The notes below the pieces were generated by a model. It searched no databases, was not told the origin of the DNA, and worked only from the letters and a program-made list of their open reading frames with translations. Of a stretch of DNA of 64,000 bases, positions 1-10,269 are shown piece after piece. The first letter of the stretch is position 1, and every line of letters begins with the position of its first letter. This DNA is from a bacterium. GTDB lineage: Bacteria; UBA8248. Location of the stretch: contig CBDCRP010000002.1 of the NCBI GenBank assembly GCA_965221165.1, positions 1,024,001 to 1,088,000 of the forward strand. Reading direction: 5' to 3'. Both the position numbers and the translations under genes were made by a program.

Positions 1-1317
1 CATGGCGCTTTCCACTTCGGCGGAACCGCTCTCCGCCGCCTCGACGGGGTCGCCTCCTCCCGCCTGATGGCGCGAGATGTTCTCGAGCATGACGATGGCG
101 TTGTCCACGAGCATCCCGACGCCGAGCGCCACCCCGCCCAGGCTGAATATGTTGAAGGTGAAGCCCAGCATCCACATCAGGAAAAACGTGAAGACCGAAG
201 CGACCGGGATCGCCAGGCCGATGATGAGCGTGCGCCTCAAGCTGCCCAGGAAGCAAAGCACCACCAGTATCGCCAGCGAGCCGCCCACCAGGGCGGAGGA
301 GAGGACGTTCTTGATCGAGGCGCGGATGAAGAAACTCTGGTCTGAAATCGGAACGAGGCTGATGTCGGGCGGCACGATGCCGTAGCGCTTCAGGAAATCG
401 AGCCTCTCCCTCAGGCCGTCCACGACGGAGACCGTGTTCGCGTCGGGCTGCTTCAAAGCCACCACCTTGACGCTCTCATCACCGTTCAGCCACACGAATA
501 TGCGCCGCTCCTTGCCGGCGTCCCGAATTTTCGCGAAATCGCGCAGGTACACCCGGCGGCCGTCTTTCGTGGGGAAGATCAGGCGCGAGAGTTCGCCCGC
601 GTTTTTGAGCTTGCCCGCCGTCCGGCTCGAATACTCGCGCTGGGCGGTCTTCACCCGTCCGGCGGCGAGGTCCATGTTCTCGGCGCGCATCCTTCTCAGG
701 ACCGCCGGCAGGTCGAGGCCCAGACCCTGCATCCTCGGCAAGTCGACGAGCACCTGCACCTCTTCGTCTTGGCCGCCGAACGCCTCCACCGAGGCGATGC
801 CGGGTACGATCATCAACTGGGGGATGAGCACCTTTCGCGCCCAGGTCTGAAGCTGCGGTCCTTTCAGGGTTTTGGAAGAGAGAGCGTATTCGATGATGGG
901 CACCTGCGCCGGGTCGGACTTGAATATCCGGGTGTTCTGAAGCTGATCCTGTATCTCCTGCGGCAAGTTTCTTCTGGCGACGTTGAATTTGGTGATGGCG
1001 TCCTGAAGCGCCAGATCGATGTCGCGCTTGAAATCGAAGAACATCCACAGGCGCGCGGCGCCCTCGCGGCTGATCGAGAAAATGCGCACCACCCCTTGGG
1101 TGGTCGCGAGTTCACGTTCCACCACCTTGGTGACCTGCTCCTCGACCACTTTGGGGTCGGCCCCCTCGAAATCGATGCCGATGAATATCCGGGGATAGAT
1201 GATTCTGGGCAGAAAATCGACCGGCAGCCGCGTGAGCGCGAAAAAACCCAGCACCAGCGCGCACACCACGCCCATGATGGTGCCCACGGGCCTTCTGATG
1301 CAGCTTCGGCTCAGCAT
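1..1317 (-). CDS. RND efflux transporter permease subunit (AcrB/AcrD/AcrF family), runs off the left edge
   Basis: Not in the ORF track. Manual translation from ATG at 1317 gives MLSRSCIRRPVGTIMGVV...GADPKVVEEQVTKVVE...GMLVDNAIVMLENI, with the RND TM4 motif. It lies directly downstream of a membrane fusion protein gene. Confidence 0.93.
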   Translation of the reverse strand, partial: MLSRSCIRRPVGTIMGVVCALVLGFFALTRLPVDFLPRIIYPRIFIGIDFEGADPKVVEEQVTKVVERELATTQGVVRIFSISREGAARLWMFFDFKRDIDLALQDAITKFNVARRNLPQEIQDQLQNTRIFKSDPAQVPIIEYALSSKTLKGPQLQTWARKVLIPQLMIVPGIASVEAFGGQDEEVQVLVDLPRMQGLGLDLPAVLRRMRAENMDLAAGRVKTAQREYSSRTAGKLKNAGELSRLIFPTKDGRRVYLRDFAKIRDAGKERRIFVWLNGDESVKVVALKQPDANTVSVVDGLRERLDFLKRYGIVPPDISLVPISDQSFFIRASIKNVLSSALVGGSLAILVVLCFLGSLRRTLIIGLAIPVASVFTFFLMWMLGFTFNIFSLGGVALGVGMLVDNAIVMLENISRHQAGGGDPVEAAESGSAEVESAM

Positions 1318-1330
1318 GAGGCCGCCCCCT

Positions 1331-2797
1331 TCAGGGCTGCACGATCCGGATGGGCCGCTTGTCCCGCAACTGGGTGGTGGCGCTCACCACCACCCGCTCG
1401 CCCACCCGCAAGCCCTGGAGAATCTCGATTCGCCCGTCGATCATCTCGCCCAAGCGCACCTCGCGGCGCACCGCCATGAAGCGCGGGCCGCCTCCCCCCC
1501 GGGGGCCGCGCCTTGCTCCTGCGCGCGCGTTCGCCTCGGCTACGCCCCCGCGCGCGCCGCCCCTCCTCCCGGGGCCGCCTCGTCCGCCGCCGCTTCTCCC
1601 TCCTGCTCCCCGCAACCTTTCCACGACGAAGACGACGCCCGCCTTCGTGCGCAAATCCCCGTCCCAGACCACGGCATGAATCGGCAGGTTGATGGCGCGC
1701 CTGCCCAGAAGGGGGTCGAACTTCACGCGGGCCAGAAGACCCGGCCTCAGCGAGAACCCGGGGTTTTGAACGTCCACCTCCACGATGAGCTGCCGCGAAC
1801 TCGGGTCGACGCTCGGGAAAATCCGGGTCAGCTTCCCCGAAAACGCGCGTCCCCGGTAGGCGTCGAGTTCCACGTGCGCTCCTTGGCCTTTTTTGATCAG
1901 CGGCAAATCCAGCTCGCTCACCCGCACCCGGGCGCGCAGCGTGTCCGTCTGGGCGATGGTGAACAGATGCGCCCTGTTCACCGCGAGGTCGCCGGGTTCG
2001 ATTCTTCTCCCGGTGACGACGCCCGCGATCGGCGAGCGGACGGTGAAGTATTCCACCTCCACCTTGAGGCGTTTCACCCGCTGGATACGCTGGCTCACCT
2101 GCGCCTGCGCCATCGCGAGTTCCTCCGCCCGCGCGCCGATTTTCACCAGCTTGAGCTTCTCCTGCGCGACACGCACGCGGGCCGCGTCCTCGGCTAGGCG
2201 CGCCCGTCGCTCGGCCACGTCCGCACGCGCGCGATTCGCCTCCGTCGTCACCTTGCGCCACTCTTGCGCGCTGATGACGCCTTTTTTGTGCAAGGCGCCC
2301 AAAGAGCGCGCGTTGGCCTCCGCCTCCTCTGCTCTGGCGAGAGCGGAGGTGAGTTCCGCCTCGGCCCGCTCGCGCGTCGCCTCCGCCTGTGCGACGGCGG
2401 CCGCAGAGGCCGCGATTTCCTCCGGGCGGCTTCCGGCTCTGAGTTTTTGGAGATTCGCCCGCGAGGCGGCGAGTTCGCTCTGCGCCAGACCCAAGTCTAT
2501 GCGTTTGATGGTGGAATCGAGGCGCGAGAGAATCTGGCCCTTTTTCACGCGCGCGCCCTCGCGCACCAGAACCTCGCGCACCTGCCCTTCGGCGCGGGAC
2601 ATGAGCTTCGCCTCGCTTCGGGCCAGAAGGGTTCCCGTGGCCGCTACCCGCCTGCCCAGGCGGCCCACCGCGACCTTTTGCACCTGAACCGATACGACGC
2701 GGTTTCGCCGTCCCCTCGGGCGGCCCGCCTCTGCGATGGGGCTCTCGCCTGCGACGATGAGGATGATGATAAGCAGTGCGGTTATTCTTACAGACAT
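1331..2797 (-). CDS. RND efflux periplasmic adaptor (membrane fusion protein)
   Basis: N-terminal hydrophobic segment, lipoyl-like half motifs (GQVREVLVREGARVKKGQ; VRSPIAGVV), long coiled coil, EILQGLRVGERVV near the C-terminus. Start trimmed to ATG 2797 (MSVRIT). Confidence 0.92.
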   Translation of the reverse strand: MSVRITALLIIILIVAGESPIAEAGRPRGRRNRVVSVQVQKVAVGRLGRRVAATGTLLARSEAKLMSRAEGQVREVLVREGARVKKGQILSRLDSTIKRIDLGLAQSELAASRANLQKLRAGSRPEEIAASAAAVAQAEATRERAEAELTSALARAEEAEANARSLGALHKKGVISAQEWRKVTTEANRARADVAERRARLAEDAARVRVAQEKLKLVKIGARAEELAMAQAQVSQRIQRVKRLKVEVEYFTVRSPIAGVVTGRRIEPGDLAVNRAHLFTIAQTDTLRARVRVSELDLPLIKKGQGAHVELDAYRGRAFSGKLTRIFPSVDPSSRQLIVEVDVQNPGFSLRPGLLARVKFDPLLGRRAINLPIHAVVWDGDLRTKAGVVFVVERLRGAGGRSGGGRGGPGRRGGARGGVAEANARAGARRGPRGGGGPRFMAVRREVRLGEMIDGRIEILQGLRVGERVVVSATTQLRDKRPIRIVQP

Positions 2798-2977
2798 CTT
2801 TCCCGCGGCTCCCGAAAGAGAAACCCGGCGACGAACCATGCGTGCGGCGGATGCCGTGCGACGACGCACACGATCTTATCACAAAACCAGGGGTGTTCCT
2901 TTTTGGACGCGCTCGGGTTCCTGGGAGGAGGGTGATGTGTGGAGCGGCAAGACGGAGACGGGAAAAGCTATTGTTCC

Positions 2978-4174
2978 TCAAGCGGAGGACAGCCGCGCAT
3001 CTCCGGGCATGATGCGCCGCATGAATTCATCGAACATGGGCACGGTGAAAGCCGTGTCGCCGTGACTGGGACTCCAAATCATGCCCTTGTTGATCAGTTG
3101 ACTGCGAATGGGCGCCAGAGAGGTTACCGGGCGGTTCAGTTTTTTGGCGATATCCCCAGAACGATGCGGCCCGGCACCGAGTTGGGCCATCGCTCTGAGA
3201 TACTTTTTCTCCATCGGGGCCAGCCTGTCGAACCTGACCAAAAAGAAACTCTGATCCAGATCGGCTACGACCTGCCGGGTGGCGATTTCTACATCAGAAA
3301 CCCTGATGGGAGAACACTCGGCCACGTCCCATACGTGCTTGCCCCATTCCTGAAGAAAATAGGGATAGCACCGAGTCTTGGAGACGATCTCATCAAGAGC
3401 GCGAGGCTCTATCTCCACGCCTTCGTCTCTGGCGGGTTTGTCGAGCGCGAGCCTGGCATCTTCCGGCGACAATGGCCCAATTTCGGAAAAATCGAAAATT
3501 CTTTCGGCGTAGGATTTCGCCCTTCCCATGCGACCTCGCACCTGGGGGAGGCCCGCCCCCAACATGACCACGGGAAGTCGCCGCTGGGATATTCGATGCA
3601 GTGCGGTGATCAAGGCCGTGAGTTGATCTCCCGGAACATATTGAAGTTCATCGACAAAAAACGCCACACAGGCCGCATCCGCTTTGGCTGCAGCCCCGAC
3701 GACTTCGAATAATTCCTGTAAATCGCTTTGCAGTTCTCCGTTGTCCGCCAGCCCGGGTTCGGGATCGGCATCCAAACCGACTTCTATATCCCGGTATTTC
3801 ACTTTCAAAGCGCTTACGAATCCCGCGAGCCCTCTCAAGGCCCTTTGCGCCAGTTCTTTCGCCGCACGCCTACGCGAGAGCTTCAACAAAACCGTATGCA
3901 GCCGAGGCGCCAAAATGGAGGGTAACGATTGGTTTTCGGGCGCTTCTATCGACAGCGCATAGATGCCGCTTGCTTCGGCTTCTTCCCGTATGAGGTTCAA
4001 TAGCACCGTTTTGCCGACCCCACGCAACCCAAGCATCATGGCACTCTTGGCCGGGCGTCCTATTCTGGTCCGCTCCAGTGCAATCCGCGCGGATTCGCGA
4101 ATCGCATCCCGACCGGCCAACTCGGGCGGCTGCGTACCCGCTCCAGGCGCATATGGGTTGCGTATCGGATCCAT
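2978..4174 (-). CDS. AAA-family P-loop ATPase with C-terminal winged helix
   Basis: NPYAPGAG..PPELAGRD N-terminus, Walker A GLRGVGKT, Walker B FFVDELQ, C-terminal wHTH-like SGDIAKKLNRPVTSLAPIRSQLINKGMI. Confidence 0.88.
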   Translation of the reverse strand: MDPIRNPYAPGAGTQPPELAGRDAIRESARIALERTRIGRPAKSAMMLGLRGVGKTVLLNLIREEAEASGIYALSIEAPENQSLPSILAPRLHTVLLKLSRRRAAKELAQRALRGLAGFVSALKVKYRDIEVGLDADPEPGLADNGELQSDLQELFEVVGAAAKADAACVAFFVDELQYVPGDQLTALITALHRISQRRLPVVMLGAGLPQVRGRMGRAKSYAERIFDFSEIGPLSPEDARLALDKPARDEGVEIEPRALDEIVSKTRCYPYFLQEWGKHVWDVAECSPIRVSDVEIATRQVVADLDQSFFLVRFDRLAPMEKKYLRAMAQLGAGPHRSGDIAKKLNRPVTSLAPIRSQLINKGMIWSPSHGDTAFTVPMFDEFMRRIMPGDARLSSA

Positions 4175-4185
4175 AACAAGAGCAG

Positions 4186-4400
4186 TTTATATCAAAATTA
4201 GCTAGTTTACAATTTTTTTATAAAGTAACTAATTTCGCTATAAATCAAGAAAAAGGCTACCGAGTTGGTTGATGTTCTTGGTCGAGTACTCTGTTTTGAC
4301 CACTCCGGCTGGATGAGTCGCGCATCGGTTCATCGAAGGAATTTATAGCGAAATTAGAGAGTTTATGGTTTTCTTATAATATAGCTAATATCGCTATAAT
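4186..4400. promoter_or_regulatory. Two 59-bp AT-rich imperfect palindromes (4186-4244 and 4342-4400), candidate operators of the AAA ATPase gene
   Basis: TTTATATCAAAATTAGCTAGTTTAC-N9-ATAAAGTAACTAATTTCGCTATAAA and TTTATAGCGAAATTAGAGAGTTTAT-N9-ATAATATAGCTAATATCGCTATAAT. The first ends 11 bp upstream of the ATG. Confidence 0.6.
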
Positions 4401-4551
4401 CGGGCAATATCGATGAACCGGGTCTTCATCCCACCGTTCGAAGCGTGAAACAAAGGTGAAAATCCAATTTTTAGGGGCTTTTATGGAAACGCCAAAGCAC
4501 CGCTCATATACCTCAAGAAGCGCCCATCGGTGTTCAAGAAGCGGTGAAACC

Positions 4552-5421
4552 TCAGTCCAGCGTGCGGAGCCAATCGGCGATTGCCCGGCCGATCTCATCC
4601 GGAGAATCCTCCTGGATGAAGTGAATCCCCGGCACGCTCACTTCGGTCTGGTTCGGCCAGGTGCGGCAGAATTCGCGCTGCTCGCCTATCAGGATGGCGC
4701 CCGGCTCGGCGTTCACGAACAGCTTGGGAACGGGCGACTCGCTGAGCCACGCAGCGTAATCGGCGACTATCCCGGCCACGTCCGCAGGCTCGCCCTCGAT
4801 GGGGATCTCGCGCGGCCACGTCAAGGTCGGGCGGCGGCCCTCTCCGGGTACTGCGAAGGGACGCCGGTATTCGGCCATCTCCTCCTCGGTAAGCTCCCGC
4901 TTGATCGAGCCCGGCAGCACACGCTCGACGAACACGTTCTTCTCCAAAACCATGGACTCGCCGCTCTCCGAGCGAAACCCCTGAAAGACCCGTTGCGCCG
5001 CCTCGGGCCATTGCGCCCACGTCAACGGCTGCACGATGGCCTCCATGTAGGCCAGTCCACGGACGGCCTCCCGATGCCGGTTGGCCCAGTCGAAGCCCAG
5101 GGCCGAGCCCCAGTCGTGCATGATGAAGGTGACGCGCTCGCCGAGGCCCAAAGCCTCTAAAAGCGCGTCGAGATGGCGGCGGTGTTCCACAAAGCGGTAG
5201 CTGCCCGGGCCGCCGGCGTCCAGCTTGTCCGAATCTCCCATGCCGATCAGGTCGGGCGCGATGCAGCGGCCAAGCGAGGAGAGATGAGGGATGACGCGGC
5301 GCCACAGGTAGGATGAGGTCGGGTTTCCGTGCAGCAAGACGATGGGGTCGCCCTCGCCGGTCTCGACATAGGCCATCGTGCGGCCGAGCACCTGCGTGCG
5401 TTTCTTTTCAATCCACGGCAC
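4552..5421 (-). CDS. dhaA: Haloalkane dehalogenase (DhaA/LinB-like)
   Basis: [12 protein letters not shown], nucleophile motif [16 protein letters not shown] and catalytic GIHFIQED. Confidence 0.92.
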   Translation of the reverse strand: MPWIEKKRTQVLGRTMAYVETGEGDPIVLLHGNPTSSYLWRRVIPHLSSLGRCIAPDLIGMGDSDKLDAGGPGSYRFVEHRRHLDALLEALGLGERVTFIMHDWGSALGFDWANRHREAVRGLAYMEAIVQPLTWAQWPEAAQRVFQGFRSESGESMVLEKNVFVERVLPGSIKRELTEEEMAEYRRPFAVPGEGRRPTLTWPREIPIEGEPADVAGIVADYAAWLSESPVPKLFVNAEPGAILIGEQREFCRTWPNQTEVSVPGIHFIQEDSPDEIGRAIADWLRTLD

Positions 5422-5535
5422 TGCGGATCTCCTTTTGGGGCTTGGCGTTCAGGCTCTTGAACGACGTACTGGCGCACGACGCGGGAACGTCCGTTTCATC
5501 GTCTAAATGGTTGATTCAGAAAGTGATGCGGAAAT

Positions 5536-6519
5536 CTAGCCGCCGATGGAGCTCATCGTGCGCTCGGGCTGGATGAACTCTTCCTGTCCGATGAGGTGAC
5601 CCGGCGTCTTGGTGAGAACCACCTCGCCGAGCCAGGCCTTTATTTCATCATCGGTAGCGCCGCCCCTGAGCAGCTTTTTGACGTCGTGCTCGACCATGGA
5701 GAAAAGGCAGGTCCGCACCATGCCGTCCGCCGTCAAGCGGATGCGGTTGCAATCCTGACAGAAAGGCCGCGTGACCGAGGCGATGACGCCCACCTCGCCC
5801 TTGCCGTCCTTGTAGCGGTAGCGCGTCGCGGGGTCCGAGGGGTGTCCGCTCACGAGTTCGAGTTCTCCCTCTACGGAGAGGCCTTCGAGTATCTCCTCTG
5901 CCGTCAGCACCTTCTCGTGCGCCCAGGTGCGGTCCGCATCGAGCGGCATGTATTCGATGAAGCGCACGATGTGGCCCGTCTCGCGCGACCACCTGGCGAA
6001 GCGCGGCAGTTCCTCCTCGCTCAGTCCCTTGACCGCCACCGCGTTTATCTTGATGGGAGAGAACCCCGCCGCCGCCGCCGCCTCGATGCCCTCCATCACC
6101 TGGCCGAAAACGTCGCGGCGCGTCATGAACAGGAATTTACCCGCGTCCATGGAATCGAGACTGATGTTCACGCGCCGAAGGCCCGCCGCGTAGAGATCCT
6201 TCGCCATTTTGGGGAGAAAGACGCCGTTGGTCGTAAGGGCGAGGTCCATCCCGGGTTGTATTTCCATCATCTGCTCGACCAGGCGGTGTAAGTCCTTGCG
6301 CAGGAGCGGCTCGCCGCCGGTCAAGTGATAGCTCGTGAACCCCAGCTCGGTAGTGATGCGCACCACGCGGGCGATTTCCTCGTAATCGAGAACCTCCGCG
6401 TGCGGCAGCCACGTCATGCCTTCTTCGGGCATGCAGTAGAAACACCGGAAGTTGCACCTGTCCGTCACCGAGATTCTCAAATCATCGTGCCCGCGTCCGT
6501 AGCGATCGAATAACGCCAT
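5536..6519 (-). CDS. moaA: GTP 3',8-cyclase MoaA
   Basis: LRISVTDRCNFRCFYCMP radical SAM motif, FCQDCNRIRLTADG and C-terminal MSSIGG. Confidence 0.97.
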   Translation of the reverse strand: MALFDRYGRGHDDLRISVTDRCNFRCFYCMPEEGMTWLPHAEVLDYEEIARVVRITTELGFTSYHLTGGEPLLRKDLHRLVEQMMEIQPGMDLALTTNGVFLPKMAKDLYAAGLRRVNISLDSMDAGKFLFMTRRDVFGQVMEGIEAAAAAGFSPIKINAVAVKGLSEEELPRFARWSRETGHIVRFIEYMPLDADRTWAHEKVLTAEEILEGLSVEGELELVSGHPSDPATRYRYKDGKGEVGVIASVTRPFCQDCNRIRLTADGMVRTCLFSMVEHDVKKLLRGGATDDEIKAWLGEVVLTKTPGHLIGQEEFIQPERTMSSIGG

Positions 6520-6535
6520 TTCTCAAACCTTCCCT

Positions 6536-8485
6536 TCAGGGTGCGGCCATCACCTGGCCGGTCAACCCCGTATTATACCCTCCTAAAGCCTCCACGGCAT
6601 CCTGAAAAGCCGCATCGCGCAAAATATCCACCACCTTCCGGATCGGGGGCGTCTCCCAATGGGCCTCGGGCACGATGAAATCAAAGCGCTCCCGCTCCAG
6701 GGGGATGAAATCGAGGTTCAGCATCCTGGCAGCCGCGAAAATCCCCAGACCGCAATCCGCGCGTCCCGCCGCCACCGCCATGGCCACCGCCATGTGCGTG
6801 GTCTCCACCCGCTCGTAGCCCCGGACCTCCTCGGGCGAAAGGCCGGCGCGCTCCATCAGGTGATCGAGCAGCACCCGCGTGCCCGCCCCGCTCTGGCGGT
6901 TCACGATTGCCACGTCCTGACGGCTCAAGTCGGCTATCCCCCCTATGTTCTTGGGATTCCCTTTTGGCGTCAGGATGCCCTGTTCGCGCTGGACGAAATT
7001 CACCACCACGACCGCGCGGCCCTTGAGATAGCGTTCGATGTAGCGCCAGTTGTACTCCCCCGTCTCGGGGTCCAGGAGATGGCTGCCCGCGATGTGCGCC
7101 TCGCCGTCGCGCACGGCGATGAGGCCCGCCAGCGAACCCACCGCCGAGGCGGAAAGACGCGCGTCGTGGTGCCGCGCTCTCAACTCATCCGCCAGCAGGT
7201 CGAGCGCGTTGTCGTGGCTGCCCGCCATGAGCAAGTTCCCCCGGATATCGGCCAAGGGCCTTAAAAGCTCGACCGTGACCTCCTCACCCGTCTCGATTCC
7301 CTCCGAGTGGGCGGGCACGCGCACCACGCCGTCCGCCTCCACGAGCGAACTGATGACGCCGGCCCCGCGCTTGGCGGGCAGGCAAACCATCCGCTCGCCC
7401 ACCCGGCCGAGCTTGACGCGCAAAAACTCCTCCATCCCCAGCCTCGATGCGCTCTTCCGGCTCATAAAGGCCCTAATCCGCTCCTCCTCGCCCGGGGCCG
7501 CACCCGCCATGCGCGCCATCAAGGGACGCACGAACTCCTGAAGCGCAAGCACCGCCGAGACCGGATAGCCCGGAATCCCGAGCACGGGCTTTTTCTCGCC
7601 CGATTCCGACTTGCAAACGCCCAGTATGGTGGGTTTGCCGGGGAAGATGGCCACGCCGTGCACGAGAAGCTCGCCCAGTTTTTCCACGACGGCGGCGGTG
7701 TGATCCTCCCGCCCGGCGGATGAACCCGCGTTCACCAGAACGACGTCCGCACTCTCGAGCGCGCCTCGAACCGCTTCCTCGATGGCTGAAAACCTGTCTT
7801 CCAGAATCGGGCCGGGGAGCGCCACTCCCCCCCATTCGGTGATGAAGGCGGACAAGACTCTCGAGTTGAATTCCACCAGATCGCCCGGCTTCAGATCGGC
7901 GCCTGCTTCCACGAGTTCGTCTCCGGTAGGGATGATGGCGACGCGCGGACGCCGCCGCACGCTCACCCGCGTGATGCCCGCCGCCAGAAGCGCGCCCAGA
8001 TCGTAGGGCCTTAAAACATGCCCCGCCGTGAGGATGAGCTGGCCCTCGACGATGTCCTCTCCCGCCACGCGCACGTTCTGCCAGGGGGAGAGCGCCGCCT
8101 CTATCCGAATCGCGCCGGGAGTCGCCTCGTGCACGTGCTCGATCATGACGACGCAATCCGCCCCCTCGGGCAGCGGATCGCCCGTGTCGAGAGGGTGTGC
8201 CTCCCCGCCCAACATGAATTCCTTGGGCGCAACGGGCGTGGCGCCCGAGGTCTCCGCCGAGGCGAGGGCGTATCCGTCCATGGCGGCGGCGTGAAAATGC
8301 GGGCTGGAAACCCGCGCGTAGGCCGCGCGCGCCGTCACGCGCCCGAGCGCCTCCGCCGTAGCGATTTCCTCCTCCCCGAGGCGGAACGCGCCCAGTTTCT
8401 CCAGAAGGCGCGAGAGCGCTTCTTCGCGGGGAATGTTTTCCAGATAAATTTTCCGGCCGCCCTGGGCCAGGGATGAATCGCTCAT
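6536..8485 (-). CDS. moeA: Molybdopterin biosynthesis protein MoeA fused to a C-terminal PBP-like substrate-binding domain
   Basis: AAMDGYA, IIPTGDEL, GSSAGRED, PGKP and GIPGYPVSA motifs, then a PBP domain (GSHD, VGSLAGL, NRQSGAGTR). Confidence 0.92.
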   Translation of the reverse strand: MSDSSLAQGGRKIYLENIPREEALSRLLEKLGAFRLGEEEIATAEALGRVTARAAYARVSSPHFHAAAMDGYALASAETSGATPVAPKEFMLGGEAHPLDTGDPLPEGADCVVMIEHVHEATPGAIRIEAALSPWQNVRVAGEDIVEGQLILTAGHVLRPYDLGALLAAGITRVSVRRRPRVAIIPTGDELVEAGADLKPGDLVEFNSRVLSAFITEWGGVALPGPILEDRFSAIEEAVRGALESADVVLVNAGSSAGREDHTAAVVEKLGELLVHGVAIFPGKPTILGVCKSESGEKKPVLGIPGYPVSAVLALQEFVRPLMARMAGAAPGEEERIRAFMSRKSASRLGMEEFLRVKLGRVGERMVCLPAKRGAGVISSLVEADGVVRVPAHSEGIETGEEVTVELLRPLADIRGNLLMAGSHDNALDLLADELRARHHDARLSASAVGSLAGLIAVRDGEAHIAGSHLLDPETGEYNWRYIERYLKGRAVVVVNFVQREQGILTPKGNPKNIGGIADLSRQDVAIVNRQSGAGTRVLLDHLMERAGLSPEEVRGYERVETTHMAVAMAVAAGRADCGLGIFAAARMLNLDFIPLERERFDFIVPEAHWETPPIRKVVDILRDAAFQDAVEALGGYNTGLTGQVMAAP

Positions 8486-8536
8486 TCGCTCACACCCGAT
8501 TCGAGGAGAAAATACCGCTTACGCCGCGCGCCCCGC

Positions 8537-9778
8537 TCAATAGAGATGCACGCGCACCTCGGCTCCCTCGCGCAGCCCCTCTGCTTCTAACGGAACCGTG
8601 ATGTAGCCGTCCGCCTTCGTCATGGTCGATATCATCGCGGAATTGCCCATCAGGGGATGGGCGACGCGCCCGCCCTCGCCCTTTGCGAGTGCGACGCGAA
8701 TCATGTCCTCGCGTCCGGGGGCGGAGGCCACGTTCCTCGCAAGGGTGGCCGCAAGACCCTCCGTCGCCGCTTCCGTGCGGGCGACCTCGCCGCTCAACTG
8801 CCTGATGATGGGCCGAACGAAGGCGTGAAAGATCATGAGGGCGGAAACCGGATGCCCCGGAATGCCGATGACCGCCTTATCCTCACCGCCCCGCTGAATC
8901 CGCCCGATGATGGTCGGCTTGCCGGGCTTGATGGATATGCCGTGCACCAGAACGCCCGGCTCTCCCAGAGAGTCGATGGCTTCTACCGTGTAATCGCGAA
9001 GGCCCATAGAGCTTCCGCCCGAGATGAGCACGACGTCCGCACTGCTTACCGCTTGCTGCAGGCGCTCTTTGATGACGGCGAGATCATCGGGGAGAATCTC
9101 GTCCGTCTCGGGCGCGCCTCCCGCCTCGATCACCCCCGCTGCGAGGGAGAAGCGGTTGATGTCGCGCACCTGGCCCGCGCGGGGCGTCTCGCGCGGGTCG
9201 ATGAGTTCATCGCCCGTGGGCAGTATCGCCACCCGGGGGCGGCGGTGGATTTCGACCGAGGTGACCCCCACGCCCGCGAGCGCGCCTACGTCCTGACTCC
9301 GCAAGCGAGCGCCCGCTCTCAGGATCAACTCGCCTTTTTTGAGATCATCGCCTACCCCGAGGACGTTCTCGCCCACGGCGGCGGGACGCCTGGCTTCCAG
9401 GGTTTCCGCGTCGGGCGCCGAGGTGAACTCCTCCATCACCACCGCGTCCGCACCTTCTGGAACCATGCCGCCCGTCAGGATGCGCGCCGCCTCGCCCCGG
9501 CCCACGGAGAACTCCGGCGCCGCCCCCATCGGCACCTGGCCGACGATATCGAGATAGGCGGGTATGGACTCGCTCGCGCCGAAAGAATCCGCCGCCCTGA
9601 GCGCGTAGCCATCCATCGTGGCGCGCGGGAAATCGGGCAGGTCGACGGGGGAGCGGACATCCTCGGCCAGAACGCGGCCCACCGCGTCGAAAGAGGAGAG
9701 ACTCTCCGCCCCCAGCGCGCGGAAGCCCTCGAGTGCTCGTTTCGCTTCTTCTGGCGATACGACCTTGAAGAACTCCAC
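8537..9778 (-). CDS. moeA: Molybdopterin molybdotransferase MoeA (gephyrin-like)
   Basis: ATMDGYA, TGGMVPEGADAVVM, TGDEL, SGGSSMG, IKPGKP and PGHPVSA motifs. Confidence 0.95.
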   Translation of the reverse strand: MEFFKVVSPEEAKRALEGFRALGAESLSSFDAVGRVLAEDVRSPVDLPDFPRATMDGYALRAADSFGASESIPAYLDIVGQVPMGAAPEFSVGRGEAARILTGGMVPEGADAVVMEEFTSAPDAETLEARRPAAVGENVLGVGDDLKKGELILRAGARLRSQDVGALAGVGVTSVEIHRRPRVAILPTGDELIDPRETPRAGQVRDINRFSLAAGVIEAGGAPETDEILPDDLAVIKERLQQAVSSADVVLISGGSSMGLRDYTVEAIDSLGEPGVLVHGISIKPGKPTIIGRIQRGGEDKAVIGIPGHPVSALMIFHAFVRPIIRQLSGEVARTEAATEGLAATLARNVASAPGREDMIRVALAKGEGGRVAHPLMGNSAMISTMTKADGYITVPLEAEGLREGAEVRVHLY

Positions 9779-10043
9779 CGGACCTCTCCGTCTTCAAAAT
9801 GAAAAACCAACCGCTGCGCGCGCAGGGCTGGTCGCAAAATGTAACAGGCGTTCACGGGGCTTTGTCCGGCGCCCTCTTGAAAGGATAAGGCCGCGCTGCG
9901 CCCTACGAGGCTATCCCCGGCCCGTCTCCCGCAACTCCCGGTAGGCGCGGCGCGTCATCGCCCTCTATGAGAAATAACCCGCCGCCGCGAGGAGCACCAA
10001 GCCCAGGAACCCACGCGCGGTGGACTCAGAGCGAACCGGCGCT

Positions 10044-10244
10044 TCAGCCCTTATCGCCCTCTCCGGCGGCGGACGCCTCTTTCTTATCGGGCAATTCCGG
10101 GTCGTCGCTAATCCCCTTCTTGAAGCTCTTGATTCCGCGAGCGAGGCCCGAACCGATCTCGGGCAGGCGCTTCGCGCCGAAGACCAGCACGCATATCGCG
10201 AGGATGACCAGAAGCTCGGGAATGCCCATATTCATCGGGAACAT
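10044..10244 (-). CDS. tatA: Twin-arginine translocase TatA/E
   Basis: GIPELLVILAICVLVFGAKRLPEIGSGLARGIKSFKKG; AAGGAG RBS upstream of ATG 10244. Confidence 0.95.
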   Translation of the reverse strand: MFPMNMGIPELLVILAICVLVFGAKRLPEIGSGLARGIKSFKKGISDDPELPDKKEASAAGEGDKG

Positions 10245-10269
10245 CGGCAAGACTCCTTTGGATGAATGA

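Noticed and set aside
9911-10030. Amber readthrough (pyrrolysine) in the minus-strand frame FLGLVLLAAAGYFS*RAMTRRAYRELRETGRG
   Set aside because: There is no start codon or pyl context. It is more simply a decayed membrane-protein gene end or chance.
9780-10040. Moco/Wco riboswitch upstream of moeA
   Set aside because: I could not see the conserved Moco RNA blocks (CCUAAG..UAUGG, GGAAAC, CCUCCC) on the minus strand.
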